Position numbers and translations under genes: made by a program | Source: an uncultured delta proteobacterium | GTDB taxonomy: Bacteria > Desulfobacterota > Binatia > UBA9968 | DNA length: 64,000 bases | NCBI GenBank assembly: GCA_963760795.1 | Contig: CAVXEP010000020.1 | Coordinates: 96,001-160,000 of the forward strand | Reading direction: 5' to 3' | In this document: piece by piece, positions 29,302-40,129 of the stretch | How positions within the stretch are numbered: the first letter of the stretch is position 1 | Layout of the letters: the number at the start of each line of letters is the position of its first letter | The notes under the pieces: generated by a model | What the model was told of the DNA's origin: nothing | Seen by the model: only the letters and a program-made list of their open reading frames with translations | Databases searched by the model: none

Positions 29302-30585
29302 ATGCGCATCGTTTACTACGTCAATCAATTTTTCGGCGGCATCGGCGCGGAAGAACATGCCGGCGCGCCACTGGAATTTCGCGACGGCGCATTGGGGCCA
29401 GCGAAGTTGTTCGAACAGCTCATGGGCGAAGATACGACGGTAACCATGACAATCGTCTGCGGTGACAATCATGCCGTCGAACATCAAGACCAGGTAACCG
29501 CGGCGGTGTTGGAGAAGGTTCGCGCCACCGGCGCGGATCTCTTCGCCGCCGGTCCCTGCTTCGATGCCGGCCGTTACGGCATGGCCGCCGGCGCAATCTG
29601 CAGCGCCATACAGAGCGAGTTGGGGATTCCCGCGATCACCGCGATGCACGTGGAGAATCCCGGTGTCGATCTTTTCCGCGAGCAGCTTCACATCGTCGAC
29701 TCGGGGAACAGTATCGCCAAGATGCGCGATATCATCGCCACCATGGCAAAGCTCGGCAAAAAACTCGTCGCCAAGCAACCCATCGGGCTGCCGGCCGAGG
29801 AAGGCTATATCAGCCGCGGCCTGCTGCGCGATCAACTCGGCGACAAGACCGCGGCCACGCGCATGATCGATATGCTCATAGCCAAAATGAACGGCGAAAA
29901 GTTCGATTCCGAAATGCTGCCGAACGCGTTCGCGCCCGTGCCGATGCCGGCGCGGATTAAAGACATGTCGAAAGCCAAGCTGATGGTTATCACCGACGGC
30001 GGGCTGGTGCCCAAGGGGAATCCCGACAAGATCGAAGGCACTGCGGCGACTCGTTGGGGCGCCTATAACATCGAAGGCAGCGATGATTTACGCAGTGAGG
30101 ACTACGAAGTCTCGCACGGCGGCTACGATACGCGATTCGTCCAGGACGATCCCGACCGTTTGGTACCCCTCGACGCCCTGCGCGAGCTGGAAAAGAGCGG
30201 CGTCATCGGCAAACTGCACGAGGAGTTTCTCTCCACCTGCGGCCGTTCCAATCCGCTCTCGAACACCCGCCGACTGGGACGGGAAATGGTGGAAAAAATC
30301 AAGCGCGACGGCGTCGACGCGGTGATCCTCACGTCAACTTGAGGCACCAGCACTCGCAGCGGCGCTGCGATCACCACCGAACTCGAAAAGGCCGGCATCC
30401 CGGTCGTGCAAATCACCTCCGCGCTGCCGATCGCCAAAATGGTCGGCTCCAACCGCGTCGTTTTAGGCACTGGAATTGTCCATGTGACTGGCGACGCCAA
30501 GTTACCGCTGAAGGATGAAAAAGAGCTGCGCCGCAAGCTCGTCCAACAAGCCCTCGACGCGTTGCAGTCGAATGAGAAACAGTAG
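29302..30585 (+). CDS. grdB: Glycine/sarcosine/betaine reductase selenoprotein B-like; Sec at TGA 30340-30342
   Basis: YVNQFFGGIG.EE, CGDN, AGPCFDAGRYG, GGLVPKGNPD, HGGYD, DPDRLVPLD, VDAVILTST-U-GTSTRSGA; frame continues as ELEKAGIPVVQI..VGSNRVV..RKLVQQALDAL to TAG 30583. Confidence 0.9.
30354..30370 (+). promoter_or_regulatory. Candidate bacterial SECIS hairpin
   Basis: TCGCAGC-GGC-GCTGCGA stem-loop starting 11 nt after the UGA, with G in the loop. Confidence 0.7.
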
Positions 30586-30640
30586 CAGGCGGCTGTAAAA
30601 CTCACATCTTCGGCGCGTTCCCAATGACAAGAAGACTTTT

Positions 30641-30716
30641 ATCACGAAGGCACGAAGGACACGAAGTTTCGCAAATTAAATCTCTTACCTTCGTGATCTT
30701 CGTCCTTACGTGGTGA
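30641..30716. repeat. CACGAAG-unit periodic palindrome
   Basis: Three CACGAAG units, a spacer, then inverted CTTCGT units ending GTGGTG. Confidence 0.75.
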
Positions 30717-30725
30717 GTCTTAGGA

Positions 30726-32009
30726 TCATCCCTTGGCTGCGATTTCGTCCAAAACCGGTAGCAGATAGCTTCGGAACACTTCGTAGTTCTCCGTCATCGG
30801 GAAGTGGCCTAGCCCTTTCATCTCGACAAACTTCGATCCTTTGATGTGCTCTGCGAGCGCGCGGGTTTCGATCGGCGAATTGCCCCAATCATACTCACCG
30901 GTCAGTAAGTAGACGGGAATCTTCGAAGTGTCGATTTGTGCCGCCTTTTCCTCCGTCAGCCCGTGATCGATGAAGTTGTAGTACAGATCGCCCTTGGAAA
31001 CCGACGGCGAGCTTTGGCCGTAGATCCAGGCAACCTCGCGGCGGTAGGTTTCTGGATTGCCCGGTGCGGTCTTGCCGTACATGGTCGCCATGCGCATCTC
31101 GTTGCCGATACGCGGGTGATCGTGGAAATCGAGCGAACGAGCCATGCTGTATTTGCTCGCGCCCGATTCAAGCCCGACCACGGCACGGAACTTATCCGGA
31201 TGCTCTAGCGCCAGATTTATCGCCAACCGGCCACCGATCGAGCAACCGACATAAACGGGTTGTGTCAAGTGCAACGCGCCGCTGATCGCGATTTGGCACT
31301 CGACAAAAAAACTTCGCGTCAATTTATATTCCTGCTTCCACCACTCGACACTTTCCGGCGGCGACGACTTGCCGTGGTAGGGGATATCGGGAACGATGAC
31401 ACGAAAGCGCCGGGTAATTTCCTCGTCATTCAAGAGATGGCGCCACTGCCGGCCATCGGACGCCGCGGTGTGCTGGCAGAGCAGCGGAATGCCTTGGCCG
31501 TTTTCTTCAAAATAAATCCGGTATTCAATCCCCAAGATGTCCACGTGGAGGTATCTGCCGACAATCGCCTCGCATCCCCCTCGATCGAATTTCGCCGCCG
31601 GGCCGGACTGAATCGTCGATCCGGTTTGGCACTCCCGAAAAATATCGAGCATGCGATTCACGGCCCAAAAGTGTGCGAACATCGCTTCGATGTCGCCGCC
31701 GACGTCGAAATGCCGGCGCGCCATCAGGCCCGACAGGTCGGAAAAATAGGCTGGCGGCTGTCGCTGTAAAAACTTCTCCCACGCCGCCGCCGAACCCTTG
31801 ATGAAAAAACTCCAGGGATTCATGAACGTGGGATTGAGCTGAATTTGGGTGACGATACCGTCACGCAGCTTGACGATACACTCGGCGTCGTCAACCGCCA
31901 AAAGAATGTCTTTGGAAAAAAAACGGCTGGCGCGGCAAAACTCTCGGTCGTTGTTTAGGGTGTGACACACCCGGCCGATTTGGTCTTGTTGAAGAAAGCA
32001 AGGAAACAT
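30726..32009 (-). CDS. Alpha/beta hydrolase with N-terminal SCP2-like domain
   Basis: LLCQHTA, DIPYHGKS, GCSIGG nucleophile elbow, TGEYD, GHFPMTEN; RBS GGAGGAG. Confidence 0.85.
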   Translation of the reverse strand: MFPCFLQQDQIGRVCHTLNNDREFCRASRFFSKDILLAVDDAECIVKLRDGIVTQIQLNPTFMNPWSFFIKGSAAAWEKFLQRQPPAYFSDLSGLMARRHFDVGGDIEAMFAHFWAVNRMLDIFRECQTGSTIQSGPAAKFDRGGCEAIVGRYLHVDILGIEYRIYFEENGQGIPLLCQHTAASDGRQWRHLLNDEEITRRFRVIVPDIPYHGKSSPPESVEWWKQEYKLTRSFFVECQIAISGALHLTQPVYVGCSIGGRLAINLALEHPDKFRAVVGLESGASKYSMARSLDFHDHPRIGNEMRMATMYGKTAPGNPETYRREVAWIYGQSSPSVSKGDLYYNFIDHGLTEEKAAQIDTSKIPVYLLTGEYDWGNSPIETRALAEHIKGSKFVEMKGLGHFPMTENYEVFRSYLLPVLDEIAAKG

Positions 32010-32029
32010 AGATAGCTCCTCCATTATGG

Positions 32030-32206
32030 TTAAGACCGGCTCACTTTATGCCCAAACTTGGCGATCAGCCAGTCCACCGTCGGCATGCCGCTGCTGGAGT
32101 AGCTGAGAGTGATCTTCTGTAGCGGCGTTTGCGCCTCGGCAGCGTATCCGGTGAGCGACAAACAAATTAAGGTCGAAACCAGGACCACGATAATTTTAAG
32201 CTTCAC
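32030..32206 (-). pseudogene. Truncated ABC substrate-binding protein (58 codons)
   Basis: RBS AGGAG and GTG start; MKLKIIVVLVSTLICLSLTGYAAEAQTPLQKITLSYSSSGMPTVDWLIAK, then it breaks off. Confidence 0.65.
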
Positions 32207-32429
32207 TAATTTTCTCCTGGAGGAATATTGCCGGTATATTAACCCTAATCTTAGACAATCGGCCAGCAGCCGAGGAAACGTTACACTGCGGAGTTAACTT
32301 TCGTATTGCCAGCGCCCTCTCTTGAGCCCGCGCCGATCTCGTTATATGACTGGCCAGACTGAATTTCACGGCATGCAGAGCCGGGTTAGAAATCAGTTCA
32401 ACCAACATACCAACGGAGGAATGACAAGC

Positions 32430-32922
<493 letters not shown>

Positions 32923-32936
<14 letters not shown>

Positions 32937-33793
32937 TTTTGGTTATGTCGCCGCCCGTTCGGTGGAAGACGCTTTGCAGCTGATGGCCAAGCATGGCGAG
33001 GATGGCAAACTCCTGGCCGGCGGTCACAGCTTGATTCCGGCGATGAAGCTGCGGCTGCAATCGCCGCAGACTTTGATCGACTTGGGCACCGTGCCGGGCC
33101 TGCGTGGCGTGAGCGTTGACGGCAGTCATCTGGTCATCGGCGCACTGACAGTGCACGCCGACGTCGCCTCATCCGACCTCGTGCGCAAGCATGTTCCCGC
33201 CCTGGCCGACGCCGCTGCGGTGATTGGCGATGTCCAGGTGCGCAACCGCGGCACCATCGGCGGCAGCGTTGCCCATGCCGACCCCGCGGCAGACTTACCG
33301 GTTGTCCTGACCGCGCTCAACGCCAGTTTCGTCGCCCAGTCGCCAACCGGCAAGCGCACCATTAGCGTCGACGATTTTTTCACCGATTTTTACACCACCG
33401 CGTTAAACGCCAATGAAATTCTTACCGAAATCCGCGTGCCGATTCCGGCCGCTGGAACCGGCACGGCATACGCCAAGTTGCCGCACCCGGCCTCCGGTTA
33501 CGTGGTCGTCAGCGCGGCGGCGTTGATCGTCGCGACAGGCCTCCGGCACCTGCACCGCTTCGCGGATCGCCATCGGCGGCTTGAGCAGCGGTCCGATCCG
33601 GGCCATCGCAACCGAACTGGAACTGCAAGGTAAGCCGTTGACGACACAGATGATCGCCGGCGCCGCAGCCAAAGCCGCCGAAGAGACCGACCCGATGGAA
33701 GATTCTTACGCCAGCGCGGAGTACAAGCGCCATGTCGCGACGGTATACGCGCGCAAGGCGATTGAGGCAGCGGTGGCACGCGCGGCAAAATAG
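32923..33793 (+). CDS. coxM: Mo-hydroxylase FAD subunit, CoxM/CutM-like (frameshift near 33535)
   Basis: [42 protein letters not shown]. Confidence 0.9.
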
Positions 33794-33864
33794 CGATTCA
33801 AGATCTTGATACGCCTCTCTGACCCCAAACCCGGGAGAGAAGGTCAAGAGGGAGACAGACCACC

Positions 33865-36182
33865 ATGACCACCGAACATCAAACCAGCGGACTGATCGGC
33901 GCCTCGCCCAAGCGAGTCGAAGATCCGCCGCTGATTACCGGCAAGGGCTGCTACACCGACGATATTCAATTGCCGGGCATGCTCTATCTCGCGTTTCAGC
34001 GCAGCCCTTACCCGCATGCGAAAATTATTTCTATCGACAGCAGCAAAGCCAAATCCATGGCCGGCGTCGAACTGGTCATTACCGGCGACGATCTCAGCGA
34101 CAAGCTCAATCTCGCGCCATCGCAGGTGCTGCCGAACATGATCATTCCCGCGCATCCAGTGCTCGCCCGCGGCGCCGTGCATTGCGTCGGCGTGCCGGTC
34201 GCCGCCGTGGCCGCCAAGACGCGAGCGCAAGCGAAGATGCGGCCCATGCCATCGACGTCGAATATGACGAGCTGCCCGGCGTGTCCAACGCCGAGGACGC
34301 GCTCAAAGCCCGGCGCGCCGCTCGCCCATCAGGAGCTCGACAGCAACGTCTGCTACACGATGACGAAAAACGGCGGCGACGTCGATAAAGCCTTCGCCGC
34401 GGCGGATCATGTCTTCACCATGCATATCGCCAGCCCGCGCCAGGTGGCCTTGGCGATGGAACCGCGCGGCATCGCCGTCAAGCCCGATCCCTTCGGTAAG
34501 AATTTAACTATCTGGCTGTCGACTCAAGGACCCCATCGCGCCCGCGCCGAGATCTCCGGCGTGTTGGGTTTTCCCGAGCATAGAATTCATTTGATCGCCC
34601 CCGATGTCGGCGGCGGCTTCGGCAGCAAAGGGCCGGTCTACCGCGAAGACATCGTCGCCTGCTACGTCGCGCTCAAGCTGCGCAAGCCGGTCAAATGGAT
34701 CGCCACCCGCAGCGAGGATTTTCTGACGACCATCCAAGGGCGCGATCAGGCGATGACCTCCGAGATGGCGCTCAGCAAAGACGGCAAGATCCTCGGCTTG
34801 AAAGTCAAAGTGGTCGCCAACCTGGGCGCGTATCTGCACTCCAGCACCGCCGGACCGCCCCAGCGCATGATGGGCATGGCCTGCGGCAGCTATCAGATCA
34901 AAGACTGCCGCGTCGAGATTGTCAGCGTTTTCACCAACACCTGCCCCACCGGCCCCTATCGCGGCGCCGGCCGGCCCGAGTCGGTGTTGAACATCGAGCG
35001 GCTACTCGACAAAGCCGCCGACGTGCTCGGCATGGATCGCTTGGCAATCCGCCGCAAGAATTTTATTCAACCCGATCAGTTCCCCTACACCACCGGCACC
35101 GGCGTCGAGTACGATTCCGGCGATTACGAAAAGCCGTTGCGCGAAGCGTTGAAGCTGTCTAACTACGACGAGCTGTTGCGCCAGCGCGATGCTCGGCGCA
35201 ACAAACGGCGAACTGGTCGGCGTCGGCTTTTCCACCTTCGTCGAACCGAGCGGCGGCGCGGGTTTCGAGAGCGGCAGCGGTGCGCGTCGAGCGCACCGGC
35301 GAGATTACCGTGCTCACCGGGTCGAGCTCCCACGGCCAAGGCCATGAAACCTCCTGGGCGCAGATCGCCGCGGGCTTAATGCAGACCAGCATGGATCACG
35401 TCACCGTGCTGCACGGCGACACCCATGTGAGCCAGCAAGGCACCGGCACCTTCGGCAGCCGCAGCGCCGTGGTCGGCGGCGGCGCGCTGGCCACCGCAGC
35501 CGAGCGCGTCATCACCAAAGGCAAACGCATCGCCGCGCACTTGGTCGAAGCGTCACCGGAAGACATCGTCCAAGCCGACGGCGGCTTCGCCGTCAAAGGC
35601 GTGCCTGATAAAAAAGTCAGCTGGCGCCAAGTCGCCGCCGCCGCTTACAGCGGCAGAGTGCCGCAGGGTATGGAGATCGGCCTGCAAGAAACCGCTTTCT
35701 TCGATCCCAAGCGCGAAGCCTGGGGCTTCGGCACCCATATCTCGCTGGTTAGCGTTGACCGTGACACCGGCAAGTTTAATTTGGAAAAACTGGTCATGGT
35801 CGACGACTGCGGCGTGGTCATCAACCCGATGATCGTCGAAGGACAGATTCACGGCGGCGTCGCCCAAGGTTTGGGCGAAGCCCTGCGCGAACAGATGCTC
35901 TACAGTGAAGACGGGCAAGCGCAAACCGACACATTGATGAATTATGCCATCATGCGCGCCGGCGACATGCCGCCCATGATTCTCGGCGAAACCATCACGC
36001 CCAACCCGTTCAATCCGCTGGGCGTCAAAGGCGTCGGCGAATGCGGCACCAACGGCGCCCCGCCGTCAGTGGCCAACGCCCTCATGGACGCGCTCAAGCC
36101 GCTCGGCATCGATCATGTGGACATGCCCTACACCGCGCCCAAACTGTGGGAATTGATTCGCAAGGCGGAGGCGAAGAATTAG
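33865..36182 (+). CDS. coxL: Mo-hydroxylase molybdopterin subunit, form II CoxL/xanthine-dehydrogenase family (several frameshifts)
   Basis: KRVEDPPLITGKG, VGGGFGSK, PYRGAGRPE, HGQGHET, GTFGSRS, EGQIHGGVAQG, GVKGVGE. Confidence 0.88.
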
Positions 36183-36205
36183 TCAGAAGGCATTAGACGA
36201 GAGTG

Positions 36206-36242
36206 GAAGGGGTGACGCTTGGCGCGGCCCTTTTCTTTTTCT
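36206..36242 (+). terminator. Probable intrinsic terminator after the coxL-like gene
   Basis: Imperfect GC stem followed by TTTTCTTTTT. Confidence 0.45.
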
Positions 36243-36280
36243 GAGTGGTTTTCTATACAGGCGCTGTAAGGAGAAGAAAT

Positions 36281-37258
36281 ATGCTTACGCAAATTCTCCG
36301 CTCCCTAGTGGCGCTTACACTCATTCTGCCGTTTTCTAGTACAAGTCACGCCCAGGTCACGCCAGACAAAATTGTCGTCAGCTATCCAAGCAAGTCGATC
36401 ACTAACTTTCCGATCTTAGAAACCGCGCAGCGCCGCGGCTTTTTTCACAAAGAAAATCTCGCCGTCAGCATGGTCTACATGCGCGGCGGCATCGACATCA
36501 AAGCGCTCATCACCGGCGATGCCGACTTCGGCACCGGCAGCACCACCGCGGTCACGGCATTCGTCGCCGGCGCGCCGCTGCGGGTGGTGATGAGCATGAA
36601 CGCTTTCGTCGATCAGGCGCTCTACGCTCAGACGAAATATCGAAACCTGGCACAGCTCAAAGGCCAGTCCATCGGCTCGCTCAACCCTGGCGGTCTAGTC
36701 GACACGCTGCTGCGCAGAATTATCGTCAAGGAAGGCTTCTCGCCGGAGCGTGATTTTATTCTATTAAACATGGGCGGCACGCCCGAACGGTATGCCGCGC
36801 TCAAGTCGGGAACCTTAGCGGCGTCGATGCTGAGCGCGCCGCATAGCCTGCGCGCCGAGAAGGACGGTTTTATCAAGATCGCCGCCACCCGTGACTATGT
36901 CGATGTTCCCGGCACGGCGTTCGTCACCCATGCCGATAAGATCAAGAAGCAACCGAACGTCATCAAGCGCTTCATGCGCGCCGGACTGCGCGCCATGAAT
37001 TATATCCGCGAAAACCGCACCGACACAGTGCAAATGATCATGCGCGAGTTCGGCATGGACCAGGAAATAGCGGGGCTGGCGTACAAAGTGTTGCTCGAAT
37101 TGCTCAGCCCCGATGGCAAGAATCGCATCGAAGGTTATCAACTGCTCGTCGACTTTGCCCGCGCCGGACAAAAGCTCGACCGCCCAATCAGTGCAGCGCA
37201 GTTTATCGACGAAACGATATTGGATGAGATTATCAAGGAAGGTTTGATCACACGATAG
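36281..37258 (+). CDS. ABC substrate-binding protein, SsuA/NMT1-like
   Basis: Signal peptide; VVSYPSKS..AQRRGFFHKENL..MRGG; RBS AAGGAG. Confidence 0.88.
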   Translation: MLTQILRSLVALTLILPFSSTSHAQVTPDKIVVSYPSKSITNFPILETAQRRGFFHKENLAVSMVYMRGGIDIKALITGDADFGTGSTTAVTAFVAGAPLRVVMSMNAFVDQALYAQTKYRNLAQLKGQSIGSLNPGGLVDTLLRRIIVKEGFSPERDFILLNMGGTPERYAALKSGTLAASMLSAPHSLRAEKDGFIKIAATRDYVDVPGTAFVTHADKIKKQPNVIKRFMRAGLRAMNYIRENRTDTVQMIMREFGMDQEIAGLAYKVLLELLSPDGKNRIEGYQLLVDFARAGQKLDRPISAAQFIDETILDEIIKEGLITR

Positions 37259-37287
37259 TAATGTAGTCACCGCCTGGAGTTGGCATT

Positions 37288-37617
37288 ATGGATTTCACCA
37301 AGATCAAGAAACAATACCGGAATCAGTGGGTGCTGATTGAGTTCTCAAAACTCGACAAACATCTAAAGCCGAAAACCGGTCGAGTAATCGCCCACGCTCC
37401 GAACAAAGAGGACATCTACAAAGCGCTTCTACAAACTAAGGGGAAGAACATTTCAGTTGAGTATTGTGGAAAGGTTAACGACGATATAGCGGTGATGTTT
37501 TCAGGAAGGCAGAGAGAGGATATCATTGAGTTCCAAACCTTCCCAAGCCATCGGTGCGGTCTGGGCAACGATTTGAACAAAGCGCTCAGCGGGCAAAAGT
37601 CGACCTTGCCTTCTTAG
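37288..37617 (+). CDS. Small DUF5678-like protein
   Basis: KKQYRNQWVLI..GRVIAHAPNKEDIY; AT-richer than its neighbours; the C-terminal tail may be spurious. Confidence 0.55.
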   Translation: MDFTKIKKQYRNQWVLIEFSKLDKHLKPKTGRVIAHAPNKEDIYKALLQTKGKNISVEYCGKVNDDIAVMFSGRQREDIIEFQTFPSHRCGLGNDLNKALSGQKSTLPS

Positions 37618-37667
37618 CAATGAAAGTTGTAAAGATGCGCAGGTCCAAACGGAATTAAGGAGGGGTT

Positions 37668-38102
37668 ATGGGAACATTCAAAATCGAAGGGGTCACCCAC
37701 TGGTCGATACCAGTCAACAATCTTAAAGAATCGGAAGAGTTTTACGGCGGCGTGCTCGGCCTCCAGCTCTTGGGGCGGCTGAGCAACGGCGTGATGACCT
37801 GCTTCAACATCGGCGATCACAACATCCTGTTATGCGAGCGGCAAAAGCCGCAGGACAAGACCATCGTCGAAGAGCGCGTGCATCATTCGTTCAATGTCAG
37901 CCCGGAAGGATTCGTCGCGGCTTGCAAGACGTTTCATGAAAATAAAGTCCCCATCGTTGAGCTCGAATACCGCGCCAAAGGCCATTTTACCGGGCGCGAG
38001 CTTTATATTCACGATCCGAGCGGCAACCGCCTCGAACTTCGCGATTCAACTTGGCAGAAAGGCATGCCGGAGCCGAGTTTCGAAGAAATCGTCCGGTCGT
38101 AG
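37668..38102 (+). CDS. VOC family protein
   Basis: THWSIPVNNL..FYGGVLGL, HHSF, YIHDPSGNRLEL. Confidence 0.9.
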   Translation: MGTFKIEGVTHWSIPVNNLKESEEFYGGVLGLQLLGRLSNGVMTCFNIGDHNILLCERQKPQDKTIVEERVHHSFNVSPEGFVAACKTFHENKVPIVELEYRAKGHFTGRELYIHDPSGNRLELRDSTWQKGMPEPSFEEIVRS

Positions 38103-38150
38103 CGCCCGGTACTCTCCGGGTCATCGACTCGAGATCGATCACTCTACTCC

Positions 38151-38234
38151 GTCATTCCGGCGCAGGCCGGAATCCAGGTTTTCTTTGGCTTTGTAGCGCG
38201 AGCAAAGATGGATGCCGGCCTATGCCGGCATGAC
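38151..38234. repeat. GTCAT...ATGAC palindromic element (dRS3/RPE-like)
   Basis: GTCATTCCGGCGCAGGCCGGAATCC...GGATGCCGGCCTATGCCGGCATGAC. Confidence 0.75.
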
Positions 38235-38318
38235 AGATCTTCTCTTCACCTGACCGCGAGGAATTTCAATGATTCCGAAAGGGGCCTGACGAGAAAGTTC
38301 AGAAATGTTAGCGCGGCT

Positions 38319-40033
38319 TTATCTCGCGCCGTAATCCCTTGCGGCCGCATCGGCTGAAACATAGCCGCGCATCACATCGCGCTCGACCGACTCGCGCGGC
38401 CGATCATTCGGCGATCCATACCCGCCGCCACCGCCGGTCTCGACGGTGATCTTGTCGCCGGCTTTGAGCGGATAGGCTTTTTCTTTGTAAATGATTTCCT
38501 TCTCGCCGGATTTCTTTTCGACGACGATGCGCCCCGACCGGCCTTCCTTGCCGCCGTAGACGCCCCAGGGCGGATATTTGACGCGGTCGAACATCGCTTG
38601 CAGATCGGCGTCGCCGAGCAATTGATACTTTTTGCGGAAGCCCAAACCGCCGCGGAATTTGCCCGCGCCGGCGGAATCTTGGCGCAGACCGAACTCGGCG
38701 ACGCGATAGGGATACATGGACTCCTGCAGCTCGACGGGAATGATCCGCGTATCGCCGTGCGCCATCGTGCGAAACGGCCCCGCGCCGTCGTGGGTTGCGC
38801 AGCCGCCCCAGCCGCCATGACCGCTGTCATGGCAATCGAAGAGCGTGCCGTTGTCGCGCCGGCCGCGGAAGCGCACGCCGGAGAAAGTGCCAAAGTGCGC
38901 ACCGGTGACCCGCGCCGGCAGCGCCGGCTCCAGAGCTTTGATAAAAGCGTCGATGACCGTCGGAAACGGCTGGGAGTAGTTGCCCATCGGCGCGGTCGCG
39001 TTGGCGCTCAGCAATTTTCCCTCTGGAAGAATCAACTTCAGCGGCCGGAACGTGCCCTCGTTGGCCGCTTCCTCGTCGGCGATTAAATATTTAAAGGCCA
39101 CCCGCGCGCAGGTGCGCCCGCCGCCGTAGTATCCCGAGTTGATGCAGCCTTTGACCTGGTCGGCAACCTCGCTCAGATCCACCGTCATTTCGTCGCCGGC
39201 GACGATGACTTTGACATATGATCGGCAAGCGGTTCGTCGGACTCGCCGTCGTTGTCGAAAAACGTCCCATGGCTGTACGTGCCGTCCGGCAGAGCGCGAA
39301 TCTTGGCGCGCGCCGCCGCTTCGCTCTGGTCGAGAATCGTTTGCACGGCGTTGAGAAAGGTCTCGACGCCATACTTGTCCGCCAGCGCTTGAACGAGATC
39401 GCGCCCGAGAACGCAGCCGGCGTGTTGCGCGGCGATGTCGCCCATCAGTTCCACCGGAAAGCGCGTGTTGTTCTCGATGATGCGATAAACTTCTTGAATC
39501 GGCTCGCCCTTGGACCAGAGTTTGATCGAGCGCAGCTGCAATCCTTCCATGAAAATGTCAGTCGAGCGCGGCGTGATGCCGCCGATGTCGATCCAGTGCA
39601 TGTTGATGGCGAAAAAGCCGACGAGAGATTGTTTCGCCGTCCCGGCAAAGATCGGCGTGTACATCACCGTATTGTTCAGATGCTGTCCTTGCACGGCGGC
39701 ATGATTGCACAGCACAAAGTCGCCACGGTGCAGACGATCTTTGCCGTACACCGAGAGACCGTCGCGCACCGCCATGCCGACCGAGTCGGCGACAAACACC
39801 GGAATACCGCCGGTGCTTTGCGCGATCAACTCGCCGTCGGGGCCGGCGAGACCCACGGCAAAATCTTTGTACTCGTAAATATACGGGCTAAACGCCGTGC
39901 GTGTGATGTTGGCGTCGATCTGATCGGTGATCGACACCAGACCGTGGCGGATCACTTCGAGGGTGATCGGGTCGACGGCTGGTCGATTTTTGGGTTTTGA
40001 TGATTCGGATTTCATGTTGTTAGCATTTAGCAT
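38319..40033 (-). CDS. hyuB: Hydantoinase B/oxoprolinase family protein (frameshift near 39215)
   Basis: DPITLEVIRH, RTAFSPYIYE, GQHLNN, HWIDIGG, PVELQES.YP, GAGKFRGG, TGGGGGYG. Confidence 0.88.
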
Positions 40034-40129
40034 GGTCGCCTCTCATAGGGGCAGACCGGAGCCTGTCCTGAGTCAATCGAAGGATGTCCGCGCTCTGAAG
40101 GGCAATCACATAGGATTGCCCCGCCAATT

